DNA from: Eledone cirrhosa
Lineage: Eukaryota
DNA length: 64,000 nt
NCBI GenBank assembly: GCA_964016885.1
Contig: OZ024754.1
Location: forward strand, 9,486,001-9,550,000
Direction of reading: 5' to 3'
Shown piece after piece: positions 52,825 to 64,000 of this stretch. Numbering within the stretch: position 1 is the first letter of the stretch; every line of letters starts with the position of its first letter. Position numbers and translations under genes: made by a program. The notes beneath the pieces were generated by a model. It was not told where the DNA came from. It saw only the letters and a program-made list of their open reading frames with translations, and did not search any database.

Positions 52825-53589
52825 TTAAGGTATATTGTATCTTGGATATATTGTCTTGAAATCATGTCTTCCATTTATAAAATGGTCTGGTATGATTAAG
52901 AATTTTGGCTGTTATTTCTCATAGCTAAAGAGACTGCATTCTGGCTCCATCGTTGGATTGTTAACCTTGGCGTCAGAAGAGTCTTTCACTATATTTGACA
53001 TGCAATGACATCCTCTCTCTGTCTCTCCCTTATTCACATTCTAACAACTAACGCATATCTTGGGTTTTATTTTATTTCTCACACTATTCTTTCTGTACAT
53101 TAATAATCTCCATGTTTTATTTTATCCCTCACACAATCCTTCATAGATGATGTTTCCCTTCCTTCTATTTGTTTAAACCTTCTGCATGCATACTCCAATC
53201 ACATGCAGCATGCACACCCTTCCTGCCATACTTTCACTGCTTCCATAAACAGAGATCTCATAAACAACTTTTAATGGAAACGTAACAACAGTTTCTTTCA
53301 GTAGTTTCAATACACAATCTCTGTACATGTAAAGGGAAGAGTTTTTCAACACAGAATATACTTGCTATTCATGAATAACACACAGTTAAAACCTCCAGGC
53401 TCCCTGCAAACATTTGACCTTACAATCTCTCAATGAAATCTTATCACAATCTCATACCTAAACAACAAACATACACCCAAAAGACTAAGGCTTCCTGCTC
53501 AGAGTCAGAAAATACTTCATCCAGTAGTAAAACACCTTGTGTTTGGCATATTTAGAGTCAGAACCAGACAGTTCCGTAGCCAGAAGACA

Positions 53590-53790
53590 TCATGGAGGAG
53601 AAGGATATGGAGTCTGAAGGGGTCCCTAGCTTGTAGCAAATTCAGTAGACTCCTATTTGACACCTTTGATAAAAAGGAAGAAGAAATAAAGACATTTGGT
53701 ATAGAGGAGCAGTGGGGGTTCCTGAGAGATAACCTAAATGTGACATGCAATCTGTGGTTGGAGCAAGGCCCTAGGAAGAAGCAGTAGAAC
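53590..53790 (+). mobile_element. Internal RTE fragment (EN-RT linker); another at ~31490-31630
   Basis: RRRIWSLK...FDKKEE...IEEQWGFLRDNL matches RRKIWKLK...FDSKEE...[12 protein letters not shown] of the 4515 element. Confidence 0.75.
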
Positions 53791-53799
53791 CACCATTTT

Positions 53800-54200
53800 T
53801 TGTGGTAAAGGCTTTACCTCACACAATTTTCTAACATAATATGAACCTATGAGATTTTGATATTTATTTTGAGAACAATACCTTAACCCTTAAGCATTTA
53901 CATTACTCTATATTTACCTTTGAATTTTCACAGTAAAGATTTTATCTTACATAATTATCTTACATAATATCAAATCTATGAGATTTTGATATAATTTATT
54001 TTGAGAACAATACATTAACATAAGTATGAGTGGCCGGTTACAGCCGGTTTGAACAGAAAGAGGTGAGAGAATTCTGGCCGGATATGGCCGGTTTAAATGC
54101 TAATGGGTTAAATTCAGCATAAGTAGCCAGTTACGGCTGGTTTGAACAGAAAGAGGTGAGAGAATTCTGGCAGTATATGGCCAGTTTGAATGCTAAAGGG
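53800..54200 (-). mobile_element. piggyBac-type MITE (221-bp unexpanded copy at 53887-54107) nested in the internal TTAA of another copy
   Basis: TTAA is duplicated at 53883-53886 and 54108-54111. The flanks join into a second MITE copy ending AAAGGG|TTAA. Confidence 0.85.
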
Positions 54201-54849
54201 TTAAAATGCCCAATAGACTGTCATTATACCCTTCCATCCTTGTGACTCCACCAGGAGTTTCAGGATCATGATTATTATTAAAATGATGTTTTTAGATGTT
54301 ATGTTACAGTTTAACATATTCAGACATTAGATTTTAATGATTTTTGCATAGAAGCCATATGTTTGCTTATATTAACAAAATGCTTAGAATAGATCATTTT
54401 AGATTTAGTGAGCCAAAAGCAATCGAAATTTTAATGATCTGACTTAACTGACAACACATTCATTTTTTGCATACTATTCTAATTTTGTGAGATACATTTA
54501 TATTTCAACTATATATATATATATTATTTTTGACAGTTTAGTAACACCAACATAACTAATGAAGGGACATTAAACAACTAAGAACTTGTCTGAAAGATCT
54601 ATTGCACTAAGTAATTGACCAAACACAGTTCCTTGAGGCACTACACTCAGAATTGATTTGATTGACTTCTGTTCTTACAGCTCCCACCCCACCACTCTAA
54701 TTTTCTGACTACACTGAGATCACAAGTACAGTCAAAAGTCTTTGCAAAGCCCACATATATCATATATATGTTTGACTGCTTAAGCAACTGTTAAAGATCC
54801 AGTTTTAATGCTGCAGTGCGTGTGTGTAAAGATGAAGTGAATTACCAAA

Positions 54850-55200
54850 ATCATTAGAACATGGTAGAGGATGCTTTACAGTATTTGTTCCAGCTCTTTG
54901 CACTCTGAGTCCAAATCAAACTGACTTCAGCTTTGCCTTTCATCCAGTCCGGGTCGATAAAAATGTACCAGTCCAGTACTAGGGTAGAGTCTTCCATCAA
55001 GAAAATCTAGTTTTCATTTTGCAGTATCGGTAGAGGGTCTGACGCCATGCTTTGCAGCAAAGAGTTATGGCCCTTTATGGTCCGAGTTCAAATCCTGCCG
55101 AGGTTAACTTTGCCTTTCATACTTACGGGGTCGATAAAATAAAGCACCAGTAATACACTAGGGTAATTGCTGGCCTTCTGCCAAAAGTAGAAACAATTAT
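54850..55200 (+). mobile_element. SINE-A pair (old 54850-54985, younger 55019-55200)
   Basis: Match to the SINE-A body. Confidence 0.75.
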
Positions 55201-56716
55201 TTATGAAATAATTTGAAAAATAAACCTCATTTAGTGATTCCATGAGTGTATCTTGGTCAGCCAACTTTCGTAGTGGTAGTGACAGCACACAAACCACAGA
55301 CTATTCACTAAGTTAACTGAGATATTATAATTCTAAATCTTACATTGGGACATTTTCTTATTGAATTTAACTTCTCTAGAAATAGTGTATTTTTTAGATT
55401 TACTTTTTGTTTCCCAGCCATGCAGCAGTAAACTACTCACATATATGGCTCATATAATCTGCTTTTCAGACAATGAAGGAAAAAGTTCTGCTAGAGGTTA
55501 ACTTTTACAGTGTTCACAAGATTTTTATTGTTCCTTGTAGCTGTAGTTGACTATATTTGTCATGTAAATGTAATTTATATTACACACAAACAGATTCCAT
55601 AGTTACAATTCAGAGGACAATGAAAATCTTATGGAGATTCTTTTTTTTCAAGATGCCAATATTTTATTTATTTATTTCACTTTTTCAAATGTTACGTTGC
55701 ATATAAAAAAGAATTTCTTGACAAATTTTTGAATTGGAATAAAATTATTTCATACATAATGGAAACTAGATTTTCTCATAATAATTTATTACGAAGTTTG
55801 AGAAAATACATTTAGTTTTCTCAATCTGGACAGATATTTAATTTTGGTATAATTCTAGTCGAATTCCATATACTACAAATTAATTTTAAATGAATAAAAT
55901 CTGTTGGGAAATATTCTGTATTTAACTGAAAATCAGAGCAAATTGATACACGTTTTCTTAACTGATAAATCCATATTAAGATTGCTTTATTTTTTCTTTC
56001 TTCACCAAGCAAATTCTCTATCAGCTGGTTAGCTACAGAACATTTTGCACAAAATTAAAATTAGTAATTTATTGAAACTATTGTAAATTATAAATTAATT
56101 GTAATTTCTTACTTAGCTAAAAGGAAGTCTGAAAGACTGCTAACTTGCAAAATCTGTTGTACACTGCCCTAAATACTATATAACACTTTGTTTTGTCTTT
56201 TTATGTTCCGATTCCACCAAGCTCAATTTTTAATTTTGAGGCATTCAATAAATTAATATCAAATTTGTATTGGAGTTTTTCTGCTCCTATTTTGTCCTTT
56301 ATTCCTGGAAGGATCATCAGGGCAGAGTCCTCAGACATGGCTTCCAGAGGGTTCTGTCAGAAGCAACCATCTCCAATTGACCCTGTTGGATCCCCAAGCA
56401 ATACCAACTAAGTCCATGGATGTTTTCCAACCATCTTCTTCGTGGTCTAAATCTGGATCTCCTGTCACGAAAATCTGTCCAACAATCCTTTCATTAGACA
56501 TTTTAAATGTTCATAATACTGAAATTATGATCTCTCAATTCAGAGAAGTAGCGATTCTCCCTGGAGTGACTCCCTGAGCTACCCACCCAATCGAGTAACA
56601 TTACTCTCAAGACCCTTCAAAAGAACTCCATTTCCATATCATTAGCAACTTAAAAGTAAAATGACTATAACTGTTGCAAACTCTATTGGCTGGAAATGTA
56701 TCTTTAACATTACAGT

Positions 56717-56908
56717 GGAAAAAAAAAAATTCAAATTACCATATTTCTTGGTGCCGAAGACACTTTGTCCTCGAGGGCGCACCCTAATTTTGACAACCAA
56801 AAATTTGATAAAAAATAATAAACAACCTTCGGCCTCCAGGATGCATGGTAGATTTTTGAGACTTATTTTAGGAAAAAAGTAGCATCTTCGATGCCAGGAA
56901 ATATGGTA
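56717..56908. mobile_element. Tc1/mariner (pogo/Tigger-like) MITE
   Basis: TACCATATTTCTTGGTGCCGAAGA / TCTTCGATGCCAGGAAATATGGTA imperfect TIRs with TA ends. Confidence 0.65.
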
Positions 56909-57772
56909 ATTCTAAAGTGTTTTTGTTATAAAGCAACATGATACATGAATTGTAACTATAATACGGGCTGGTGTACCGATTTGACTAGCACCATCTGGCA
57001 TGTTTCTGCTCAGCGTCCAGCCCCACAGTGGTGCCTGGCTTAACGCAATTCCCTCATTCGTGACTGGCGTTTACATAGAATTATAAATAAAACACTTTAA
57101 AATAAACAGTTTTGTATTGTAGAAGCAGAGGTGGCTTGATTTCAAAGGGATTAAGATCTGATAACTCTGTGGTCAAGCTTATGCATCGTATTAACTTTTT
57201 AAATATATATTTTGCATTTATAGATATATAGATAGATAGATAGATAGATATATAGTTCCACAAACAAAACTTAGTGTGTGTGTGTCATGAAACATTTTAT
57301 GTCAAAAATTTAGCAAGCTTGATTTATATGGTAAAAATGAGTCATCGATACATTCAAAAAGGATGTTGGTTGATTTCAACTTTGTTGAAGCAAGATTAAG
57401 ATGTTTCGTGGACATCTCGAGAAGAAAGAGTTAAAAAGAAATTCGATAGTGATAGGTGTAGAGCTACAAAAGAGATCACAAGATTATACTGAAGTAACTA
57501 ATGGCTCCCTTGAAACAACTGAAGGATATGTATTCTGGTGAGTTATGTGGAAATATATAATGAATATATTGAAGCCTAAAATGACATTAGTTTTTGGTGA
57601 ATGAACCACATTTATATCACTACGATTAGAATTGTATGAACTCATTGTAAACGTTTTGGCATTATTTTCTTAGCAAGTGTCGATATTGTAAGCCCAATAA
57701 GTGTTATTCTCTGATTTGTCACTATTGTTGTTTTGTCCAAATCCAGAATAATAATCGATTAATCTAAAGCTA

Positions 57773-57959
57773 GAAATATGTAGATAAACACTGAAGCACT
57801 TCTTCCAACAAATATTAATACACTTCTCTCTTTGCCATATCAGCTGAAAGAGTATCTACTCTTTCAGCTGATATCGCAAAGAGAGTATCCACAGTGATTT
57901 TGAGAGAAGTGTATTAATATTTGTTGGAAGAAGTGCTTCAGTGTTTATCTACATATTTC
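57773..57959. repeat. Nested inverted repeat
   Basis: Outer ~57-bp arms GAAATATGTAGATAAACACTGAAGCAC... enclose an inner hairpin ATATCAGCTGAAAGAGTA-TC-TACTCTTTCAGCTGATAT. Confidence 0.88.
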
Positions 57960-58007
57960 AAGTTACTATTCTAAGTCTTTCACCACTAAGGGATTTTGGG
58001 AGCTTAA

Positions 58008-58624
58008 CCATTTAACATTTAAACCGGCCGTATCCGGCCAGAATTCTCTCTCCTCTTTCTGTCCATAATTGTCATAACCAGCGACTTATACCGACATTAA
58101 GGTATTATTCTCAAAATAAATAGTATGAAAATCTCAGATTCGATATTATGTGAGGTAAAGTCTTTACCATGAAAATACAATAGTATATATAGAGTAATGT
58201 AAATGTTATGTGAGATATTATGTAAGGTAAAGCCTTTACTGTGAAAATACAATAGTATATATAGAGTAATGTAAATATTATGTGAGGTAAAGCCTTTACC
58301 ATGAAAATACAATAGTATATATAGAGTAATGTAAATGTTATGTGAAATAATTATGTGAGGTAAAGCCTTTACTGTGAAAATACAATAGTATATATAGAGT
58401 AATGTAAATGTTATGTGAGATATTATGTAAGGTAAAGCCTTTACTGTGAAAATACAATAGTATATATATAGAGTAATGTAAATATTATGTGAGGTAAAGC
58501 CTTTACCATGAAAATACAATAGTATATATAGAGTAATGTAAATATTATGTGAGATATTATGTGAAGTAAAGCCTTTACGGTGAAAATACAATAGTATATA
58601 TAGAGTAATGTAAATGGTAAAGTG
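58008..58624 (+). mobile_element. piggyBac-type MITE copy with ~7 internal 60/74-bp repeats
   Basis: TTAA at 58004 and 58625 flank degenerate TIRs. Confidence 0.82.
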
Positions 58625-58784
58625 TTAAGCCCCTCCAATAACTTGTTTCAATATATTTGTGATTTTGTTTTTACTACACTGGTTTCCTGTAGACCCTAAA
58701 TATGTTAGTATGATCTTGTTTTTAATTTCTTTCTTAGTCTCGTATTCGTGATAAAAAAGTGGGATCTAATAATGATTTCTACTA

Positions 58785-59130
58785 TAGTCACAAGGCCAGC
58801 AATTTGGGGAGAGGGGAAAGTTGATTAAATCGACCCCAGTGCATTACTGGTGCTTTATTTTATCGGCCCTGTAATAGTGGAAGGCAAAGTTAACCTCAGC
58901 AGTATTTGAACTCAGGCCGTAAAGGGCCGCAACTCTATGCTGCATGAACTAATAATAATTGGCACAAGGCCAGCAATTACCCGACCCAAGTACATTACTG
59001 GTACCTTATTTTATCTACCCCGTAAGGATGAAAAGCAAAGTTAACCTCGGCGGGATTTGAACTAAAATCGTAAAGGGCCGTAACTCTATGCTACAAACGT
59101 CCGACCCTCTTCCGATACAGCCAATCCACC
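58785..59130 (-). mobile_element. SINE-A head-to-tail dimer
   Basis: Two reverse-complement SINE-A copies. Confidence 0.8.
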
Positions 59131-59384
59131 TGTACATTATATATACTTAACCCCTCACCATCAATCCCAAAACTGTGACGGAAGCTCTGTATTTATCCAG
59201 ATGTTTATCTCCACAACCATTAAAGCAATAAAGAAGCTTTACGAATTTACTCGCTCCTTTGCTTTTGTCTGCCTCAACTCTGGTCCGATATATCTAAGAA
59301 CCATTGACGAATTTCTCCAGAGAAATAAACTGCAAGAAACTTTTGGTATTTCACGATACTGTGTGTTTGATCTCCATTGGCTCT

Positions 59385-59875
59385 GACAACGGTTCTAGTT
59401 GATTCGATCAATGGAACAGCCTGCTCATCAAATTAATATGCAAATAGCGGAGCATTCCACTTATGCATGTACCCTTAACGCAATTCTTATTGGGATTCAA
59501 GTGACAGAGTGTGCAATATAACTGGCTCTTTGAATTACAGGGACAACTCATTTTTGGCAGCTGAATGAATTGAAGCAATGTAAAAAAAAAAGTTCTTGCT
59601 CAAGAACATGTGTGGTTGGCAATTGCGATCTAACCACTAAACTGTATGCTTTCACATCCTGGCATTATAATTTGCCATAAAAAGGGCGGTGGATTGGCAG
59701 TATCGGTAGAGGGTCGGACGCCATGCTTTGTAGCATAGAGTTACGACCCTTTAAGATTTTAGTTCAAATCCCGCCGAGGTTGACTTTGCCTTTCATCCTT
59801 ACGGGGTCGATAAAATAAAGTACCAGTAATGCACTGGGTGATTGCTGGCCTTGTACCAAAAGTAGAAAATTATAA
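59385..59875. mobile_element. Old CORE-type SINE (59385-59655, minus) and full SINE-A (59683-59875, plus)
   Basis: CORE-like TTCTTGAGCAAGA on the minus strand. SINE-A runs from GGGCGGTGGATTGGCAG and is flanked by the direct repeat ATTATAATTTGCCATAAAA (59664 and 59868), a likely TSD. Confidence 0.75.
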
Positions 59876-60037
59876 TTTGCCATAAAAACACAAGATACTA
59901 ATACATCTAATTTCATCCTCCGAGTTCTTCATCTTTGTCCACTTATTCCTTCCTTCCAGTTCAACAAACCAAAATGTAAAATGCGGCAGGAATCCATTTT
60001 TCTCAGACACACTCGAAAATGACACAATAACACCTGC

Positions 60038-60950
60038 TTACCACGATAGGCGCTGAGCCGGCTAGACACCACCATAGGCGCTGAGCTGGCTAGACACCAC
60101 TATAGGCGCTGAGCTGGCTAGACACCACTATAGGCGCTGAGCTGGCTAGACACCACCATAGGCGCTGAGCCGGTTAGACACCACCATAGGCGCTGAGCCG
60201 GTTAGACACCACCATAGGCGCTGAGCCGGTTAGACACCACCATAGGCGCTGAGCCGGCTAGACACCACCATAGGCGCTGAGCCGGCTAGACACCACCATA
60301 GGCGCTGAGCCGGCTAGACACCACCATAGGCGCTGAGCCGGCTAGACACCACCATAGGCGCTGAGCCGGCTAGACACCACCATAGGCGCTGAGCCGGCTA
60401 GACACCACCATAGGCGCTGAGCCGGCTAGACACCACCATAGGCGCTGAGCCGGCTAGACACCACCATAGGCGCTGAGCCGGCTAGACACCACCATAGGCG
60501 CTGAGCTGGCTAGACACCACCATAGGCGCTGAGCTGGCTAGACACCACCATAGGCGCTGAGCTGGCTAGACACCACCATAGGCGCTGAGCTGGCTAGACA
60601 CCACCATAGGCGCTGAGCTGGCTAGACACCACCATAGGCGCTGAGCTGGCTAGACACCACCATAGGCGCTGAGCTGGCTAGACACCACCATAGGCGCTGA
60701 GCTGGCTAGACACCACCATAGGCGCTGAGCTGGCTAGACACCACCATAGGCGCTGAGCTGGCTAGACACCACCATAGGCGCTGAGCTGGCTAGACACCAC
60801 CATAGGCGCTGAGCTGGCTAGACACCACCATAGGCGCTGAGCTGGCTAGACGTAGGTATGAGCCTCACGAGATAGAAGGACTCTTCCAGCGCGCGCATCT
60901 ACCTTACTGTCCTCCGGGTAAACGCCTTCTCCATTCTGTCCACCTGGCCA
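60038..60950 (+). mobile_element. CRE-like fragment containing a 28-bp array (~29 copies, 60040-60851)
   Basis: The unit ACCACCATAGGCGCTGAGCTGGCTAGAC matches 63673-63700 and 62244-62270. Sequence after the array continues the CRE homology (...AAACGCCTTCTCCATTCTGTCCAC). Confidence 0.85.
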
Positions 60951-62109
60951 TGGGGTGGCGAACACGCGGGACCCCATTTGCTCATAATACAGAGAGATTG
61001 AGAGGGTGAGAGAGATGGAAGCGATGACAGTGGGAGTTCGGACCTGGTGTGCTGCATCAGTTGTCCGTAAGGAGGTAAAAGTGGCATGATTTTCCTTGTC
61101 CTTTTTTTGTTTAGCTATATATATATAATTGCCCTTGCATCAGATATCGCTGCGTTACTTCAATAGCAGATTATTCTCTGACTACCAGGATCACAGGACA
61201 GCCTATTTACTAACTTTCTTATAATTAATCTATTGTTTGGAACATAACTTAACAAAGGTTCTTACACACAAAGTGGTTGTCAGACCTATCATTGTCACCC
61301 ACAGAAATTCAGCAAATAACTAAGCACTGAAAACTCTACAGAGGACTCAAACCAAAGTTCTCAAGGCCAATACGATATAGATTAATACATGTAACTCGAC
61401 TATGAGTGATAATATCCATGGTGGGCTTCATTGTATCCTTGTCGTCTGCGTCTGAAAATCGTTATTTGTTTGTGCTGGTTAACAAATATTTTAAAGTCAA
61501 TAAAACATTAATTTTAACAGCTTGCTCTTGACAAATTTCAGTGGGAGTTTGTATTACATTTGGTTCTATAATTTAACCGCTTTCTACTGTGTATGACTAC
61601 AAACATCACTTTACACAATTGCTTCATCAGTTTTAGTCACAATTCCGTAATTTCTATTAAGAAAACGAATCAACAATCTTAAACGAGTAACATCTTCTAA
61701 CAAAGGTAGTTTTGCCAATCTAACCTATACAGGATAGATACATTATACACTTCAATAGAGCAGCATGAGCCATAAAGGAAAAGTTCACAATACTCGGAAC
61801 CAACAGAGTAAGGCCGGCATCTTTTAGAGTTAAACTTTTCCCAACAAAGAAAATCTAGCCATAAGAACAAGAATTTGATACAATATCAGGCAACCAAAAC
61901 GTTGTAAATGATTATTGACATTTCTACCAGTTTAAATATCGTTATTAATCGATAAATTTTATTTCTGTTTTTTATTGATATTTTCATCACATTTGAAACA
62001 TTTTTATTCCTTCCATTTAATATTGCCAAACAAATAACAACTGTTATATATTTCACCCATCAGGATTGGACATGTGGTTAGAATGTCTCGTGAAAGAATC
62101 GCTGGACGT

Positions 62110-62392
62110 TTGTGGTCCACAAGCACTCTGGGCCGAGGAGGGCAAACACTCTAAGTACCGGTCGCTCTCCGACAGGTTTGCAGTCGTGCCCTTAACAGTG
62201 GATACTTCTGGTGTCCTTGGATTTAGGGCTACCTCCTTACTCACCACCATAGGCACAGAGCTGACCAGCCACGGGTGTGAGTCTCGCGAGATGGAATGGC
62301 CCTTCCAGCGCATCTCCCTTACCATCCTCCGAGGAAACGCCTTCTCCATTCTGTCCACCGTAATTATTATTATTATTATTATTATTATTATT
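62110..62392 (+). mobile_element. CRE-like retrotransposon 3' end with (ATT)n tail
   Basis: Encodes AEEGKHSKYRSLSDRFAVVPLTVDTSGVLG...FQRISLTILRGNAFSILST. The QRIS...RGNA.SI C-terminus is characteristic of CRE-clade elements. Confidence 0.78.
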
Positions 62393-62397
62393 TAAAT

Positions 62398-62718
62398 CAG
62401 GCATGGGCAACCTTTTTCCAGAAGCGGGCCGCATGAGATATGGCTCATCATCTGGCGGGCCGCATGAGATATGGCTCATCATCAGGCGGGCCGCTAATTT
62501 ACATTCATGCCCACATTAAAAAAAGGGCGGTAACTCAGGTTGTTTTGATTTGTTTCTTCAGAATTCGTACACGTTGTTTTCCTCGGTCGTAAAAAATGAT
62601 AGAAAGATAAATTACGACTGAAAAGTTTGGGTAAAAAAAATCAGAAAGATTTCACTTAGGTGACTTAGGCGACCATTTCAGAAAGAAAGCTTCGCGGGCC
62701 ACAGGTTGCCCATGACTG
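62398..62718. mobile_element. hAT (Charlie-like) MITE with 8-bp TSD
   Basis: TIRs CAGGCATGGGCAACC / GGTTGCCCATGACTG, with flanking ATTTAAAT / ATTTAAAG (7/8 match). It carries an internal 31-bp duplication. A related end lies at ~50675. Confidence 0.82.
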
Positions 62719-63547
62719 ATTTAAAGTATCATTAGTATTAATATAAAAAATAATCATGTATAATGAGTTAAAATGTTTTTACTAGAATGCTTTTTTAGAA
62801 GGGCCTCAGCAGGTTAAGGTCAGTCGTGTCGGGAGGGAGCAAATATATAACAAAATATTCAATTTAACATATATGGTGAGCTGGTTTCCTTTCGTTTTTG
62901 AGTTAATGTTCGAGATGAAATTAAGCACAGCCTATATAACATATATTTATTTATATATGTTGACTGGCACCTATGTCTTTCACTTAACACATTTTATACA
63001 AACATTTCCATTTCGTGTTCCCGCCGGTGGAGGAACAGAGAATTAGATCAAAGAACTCTATTGCAATATGATTCTATTACGTTTCTACTTTATTACCAAC
63101 TGGGGAATTCTATAACATACGACGAATAACTTTTGTATAGGTAAAACTTAGTGTGTATGTGTTAGTGTGAAAAGGTGCTAATGGCTGACCACCTGTGCTT
63201 ATAGAGATCATTTAGAAGACATCTTTGCTGTTTAGCAATGTAAATTAGTGACAATTACGCTTAGTAGGTATCATATAAAAGAAAATGTGATATAATTTCA
63301 GATTCAAACGAAAGCTACAGCTGTAGCTTTTTAAACATAATTATAAACACTTATTTTGTGCTTCGTTGACTTCGTTTTTCATTGTGTTGAATGTATGTTA
63401 TTTTTTCTTTTCAGAAAACCACGGAAATATAGCGATTATACACTTAAGTAAATAGCAAAATTGATAAGAAACTTTTGAGTAGCAAATAACTCTACATCTA
63501 TAGTTACTAGCTTTATTATCTACAACTTTCGCTTCAGAGTCGATACC

Positions 63548-63800
63548 ACTAACTCAGGTTCTGCTGCACGTCGGGCTGAGGAGGGTAAACTCTCCAAGTA
63601 TCGGTCGCTCTCCGATAGCCCCTAGAAGTAGAGACTTCTGGTGTCATTGGTCCTAGGGCTACCTCCTTATTTACCACCAAAGGCGCTGAGCTGGCTAGCC
63701 GCAGATTGAATGAGCCTCTCGAGATGGAATGGCTCTTCCAGCGTATCTCCCTTCCCATCCTCCGAGGAAACGCCTTCGCCATTCTGTCCAAGCTGACAGG
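63548..63800 (+). mobile_element. CRE-like fragment
   Basis: Encodes SGSAARRAEEGKLSKYRSLSD...VETSGVIG...WLFQRISLPILRGNAFAIL. Confidence 0.75.
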
Positions 63801-64000
63801 ATAGCGAGGGAAATGGCCCGGAGGAGGGTGAAAAACTCAAATAACCCGTTTAGATAAATGCAGATATTTGCTAAATATAATGCACCACAAAGTTGTTGAC
63901 GAAACTACTTCAGACATAATCTTTAATTGAATATCGGAACTAATTTCAATTAGGTTTTCACAATCTACTGCCAGAAGTCCCGTTGGCTTTCTTTTACATT

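Overview
This is a eukaryotic, extremely repeat-rich window. The microsatellite load and the SINE types suggest an octopus or other cephalopod (inference only). I cannot support any intact host gene, and almost all ORFs in the track are simple-repeat artefacts. The only substantial coding unit is a near-full-length RTE-clade LINE at ~4515-7916 (+). It encodes an AP endonuclease and RT, with a C4HC3 PHD-type finger inserted inside the RT domain and one frameshift in an A-run. A decayed second copy lies at ~20718-22550. The rest of the window is RTE/LINE 3' fragments of several families, CRE-like (restriction-like endonuclease) retrotransposon fragments, two tRNA-derived SINE families, a TTAA-targeting piggyBac-type MITE (8 copies), hAT and Tc1/mariner MITEs, short fold-back palindromes and microsatellites. 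The most striking pattern is that most large minisatellites are tandem amplifications of a short internal piece of a transposon that also occurs unamplified elsewhere in the window. The 21-mer is the CRE 'WDATC' motif, the 12-mer is a zinc-finger 'ECGK', the 28-mer is CRE, the 44- and 73/74-mers are MITE, the 84- and 49-mers are SINE, and the 136-mer is LINE.
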